A DNA stretch of 64,000 nucleotides. Source: Polyangiales bacterium. GTDB lineage: Bacteria > Myxococcota_A > Polyangia > Polyangiales > JADJQN01. The notes under the pieces are model-generated. The model was not told the DNA's origin, ran no database searches, and saw only the letters and a program-made list of their open reading frames with translations. The DNA lies in NCBI GenBank assembly GCA_964202905.1, contig CAXNJO010000001.1, positions 480,001 to 544,000 on the forward strand. The letters run 5' to 3'. The position numbers and the translations under genes are program-made. Position 1 is the first letter of the stretch. Each line of letters begins with the position of its first letter. Shown in pieces: positions 62,311 to 64,000 of this stretch.

Positions 62311-63750
62311 CTACTCGTCGCGCGGCGCGGCCTCGACCGCGCGCATGGCGCGATCGTGCGAGCGGCGCACGACCGCGGGGGCGTCCTCGGACATCGCTGC
62401 GCTCGGGGGCGCGCCGGGAGCGGGCGCGGCGACGGAGGGCAGCGCGCCGGAGAGCACGCGCATCCGCGAGACCTCGTCGGCGAGGTAGGCGTCGTTCGTC
62501 TCCGCCGCGCGCTGCTGCGCGGCCTGGATCGCGCCGTCGAGCACCGCGCGCGCCGCGTCGAGCTCGCCGCCCCGCGCGAGGGCGATGGCTGCGATCTGCG
62601 TGGCCGCCGCGCTCACGCGTGCCGCGTCGCGCTCGACCTCGTCGTTGCGCCCGGTGTTGCGCTCGGCCTCGTCCGAGGTCGCGCGCGCGCCGAGGAAGAC
62701 GCGCCGCTCGAGCCGCCCTGCGCCCGCGACCGCGTCGTCGAAGCTCATCACCGCGTCGACGAGCTCGACGTTCGCGCCCGCGCGCCGGCCCTCCGCGCTC
62801 AGCTTCACGACGAGGTCGCGCGTCTCGCCCTCCGTCACGTCGCCGAGCGCGACGCTCACGCTGCCGTCGCGCTGCGAGATCACCTGCCCGACGACGCTCT
62901 CGATCCGCACGCCCGGCCCCGGCGTGAGCGTGACGACCGCGTTGCGCCCGACGACGCGCTGCAGGCGCAGGACCTCGTCGCGGAACACGGCCGCGACCGC
63001 GCTGCTGTTCTCGACGTGGTGGAAGTGCCCGCCCGAGAGCTGCGCGACGCGGCCCATCAGCGTCTCGTCGTAGTCGAGGCCGAGGCCGAGCGAGGTGATG
63101 GTGACGTGGCGCTCGCCCGCCGCCTGCGCGAGCGCGGCGATGGGGGCCGCGTCGTTGGGCACGCCGTCGCCGAGCAGCACCAGCCGATTCACGCCTCCTT
63201 CCGAGTAGTTGCGGAGCAGCTCCTCGAGCCCGACGCGCAGGCCACCGGCCATGTCCGTCGTGCCGCGGGCCGTCATCTCCGCGATCTTCGCGCGGGCCTC
63301 GTCGCGCGCGTCGTCGTCGAGCACGACGCTCGGCACGAGCAGCTCGGTGCGCCCGTGGAACACGACGACCGTGAGGCGATCGCCGTCCGCGAGCTGGTCG
63401 AGCAGCGAGAGGCTCGCGGCGCGCGCGTCCGCGATGGCGCGGCCCTCCATCGAGCCCGAGGTGTCGACGACGAGCGCGAGGTTGATCGCGGGGCGCGGCA
63501 GGTGCGCCTGCGCATGCGCGCCGACGCGGAGGCGCGCGACCACGGAGCCCGGCTGCCCGGCCGCGACGAAGCGGTTGCCGAGCGCGCCCTCCATGCGCAC
63601 GAGGTCCGGATCGGCCGCCTCCCCCGCGACGTCCGCGCCGCCGCACGCGCCGCCGAGCACCCCGACGAGCGCACCGAGCGCGAGCCCCAACCCCGCGCGG
63701 CCCAACCCTGCGCGCGTCCATCCCGAGCTCCGTGCCGAAGTCCTGCGCAT
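62311..63750 (-). CDS. vWA-domain lipoprotein (YfbK-like)
   Basis: Lipobox GGAC; NLALVVDTSGSM MIDAS, GTT, LLGDG, GLGLDYDE. Confidence 0.9.
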   Translation of the reverse strand: MRRTSARSSGWTRAGLGRAGLGLALGALVGVLGGACGGADVAGEAADPDLVRMEGALGNRFVAAGQPGSVVARLRVGAHAQAHLPRPAINLALVVDTSGSMEGRAIADARAASLSLLDQLADGDRLTVVVFHGRTELLVPSVVLDDDARDEARAKIAEMTARGTTDMAGGLRVGLEELLRNYSEGGVNRLVLLGDGVPNDAAPIAALAQAAGERHVTITSLGLGLDYDETLMGRVAQLSGGHFHHVENSSAVAAVFRDEVLRLQRVVGRNAVVTLTPGPGVRIESVVGQVISQRDGSVSVALGDVTEGETRDLVVKLSAEGRRAGANVELVDAVMSFDDAVAGAGRLERRVFLGARATSDEAERNTGRNDEVERDAARVSAAATQIAAIALARGGELDAARAVLDGAIQAAQQRAAETNDAYLADEVSRMRVLSGALPSVAAPAPGAPPSAAMSEDAPAVVRRSHDRAMRAVEAAPRDE

Positions 63751-63856
63751 CGCGTCTCCTCCTCGTGGGTTCCGTGTCCCGAGGCTCGGACGCGCGGGGC
63801 GGCGCTTCGGTCTCCGCGCCGTGCGGGTGGACGCCCAAGCGCGGGCGCGCGGACAT

Positions 63857-63893
63857 AAAAAAAGGCGGCATGCCTGTTGGGGCATGCCGCCTT
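63857..63893 (-). terminator. Rho-independent terminator
   Basis: Stem GGCGGCATGCC-6 nt-GGCATGCCGCC next to A7 (U7 on the minus strand). Confidence 0.88.
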
Positions 63894-63963
63894 CGAGGCC
63901 TCTCACCCAGAGGGCCCTGTCGCCTTGGCTCGGGGGGACGTGATCACCCCGAGCGTTGCGACA

Positions 63964-64000
63964 TCAGCTGAGGCCGACCTCGGTCGAGAAGCCGTTGGTA
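63964..64000 (-). CDS. 3' end of an unidentified CDS entering from beyond the window
   Basis: Frame reads ...TNGFSTEVGLS-stop with GC3 codons, upstream of the terminator. Confidence 0.4.
   Translation of the reverse strand, partial: TNGFSTEVGLS

Overview
Very GC-rich bacterial chromosome segment. Gene content (many Cys-rich and acidic-linker lipoproteins, a DUF1552/DUF1592 pair, a Hanks-kinase-like protein) suggests Myxococcota, probably Polyangia/Sandaracinus-like; this is an inference. The window opens at the likely replication origin: partial dnaN, an intergenic DnaA-box/unwinding region, and dnaA. It continues through housekeeping genes (rpsU, clpB, tex, aspS, glgA, rimO, sdaA), an ECF sigma/anti-sigma pair, a lipid-metabolism region (SDR, desaturase, ceramidase-like lipoprotein, peroxisomal-type MFE-2 with two SCP2 domains, SCPx-type thiolase, FabV-like reductase), signalling genes, and a haem-motif/DUF1592/DUF1552/vWA cluster. 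No rRNA, tRNA, CRISPR array or transposase was seen. Four conserved genes (clpB, GH92, tex, ceramidase) carry a single frameshift, most likely assembly indels. Most notable candidates: a catalytically dead Ser/Thr pseudokinase joined through a TM helix to an intact CPFC DsbA domain, upstream of a PAS hybrid histidine kinase; a recurring intergenic CTGAA-N6-TTCA palindrome; the animal-like MFE-2/SCPx operon; and a histone-H1-like repeat fusion. All family calls come from recognising motifs by eye; no database search was run.
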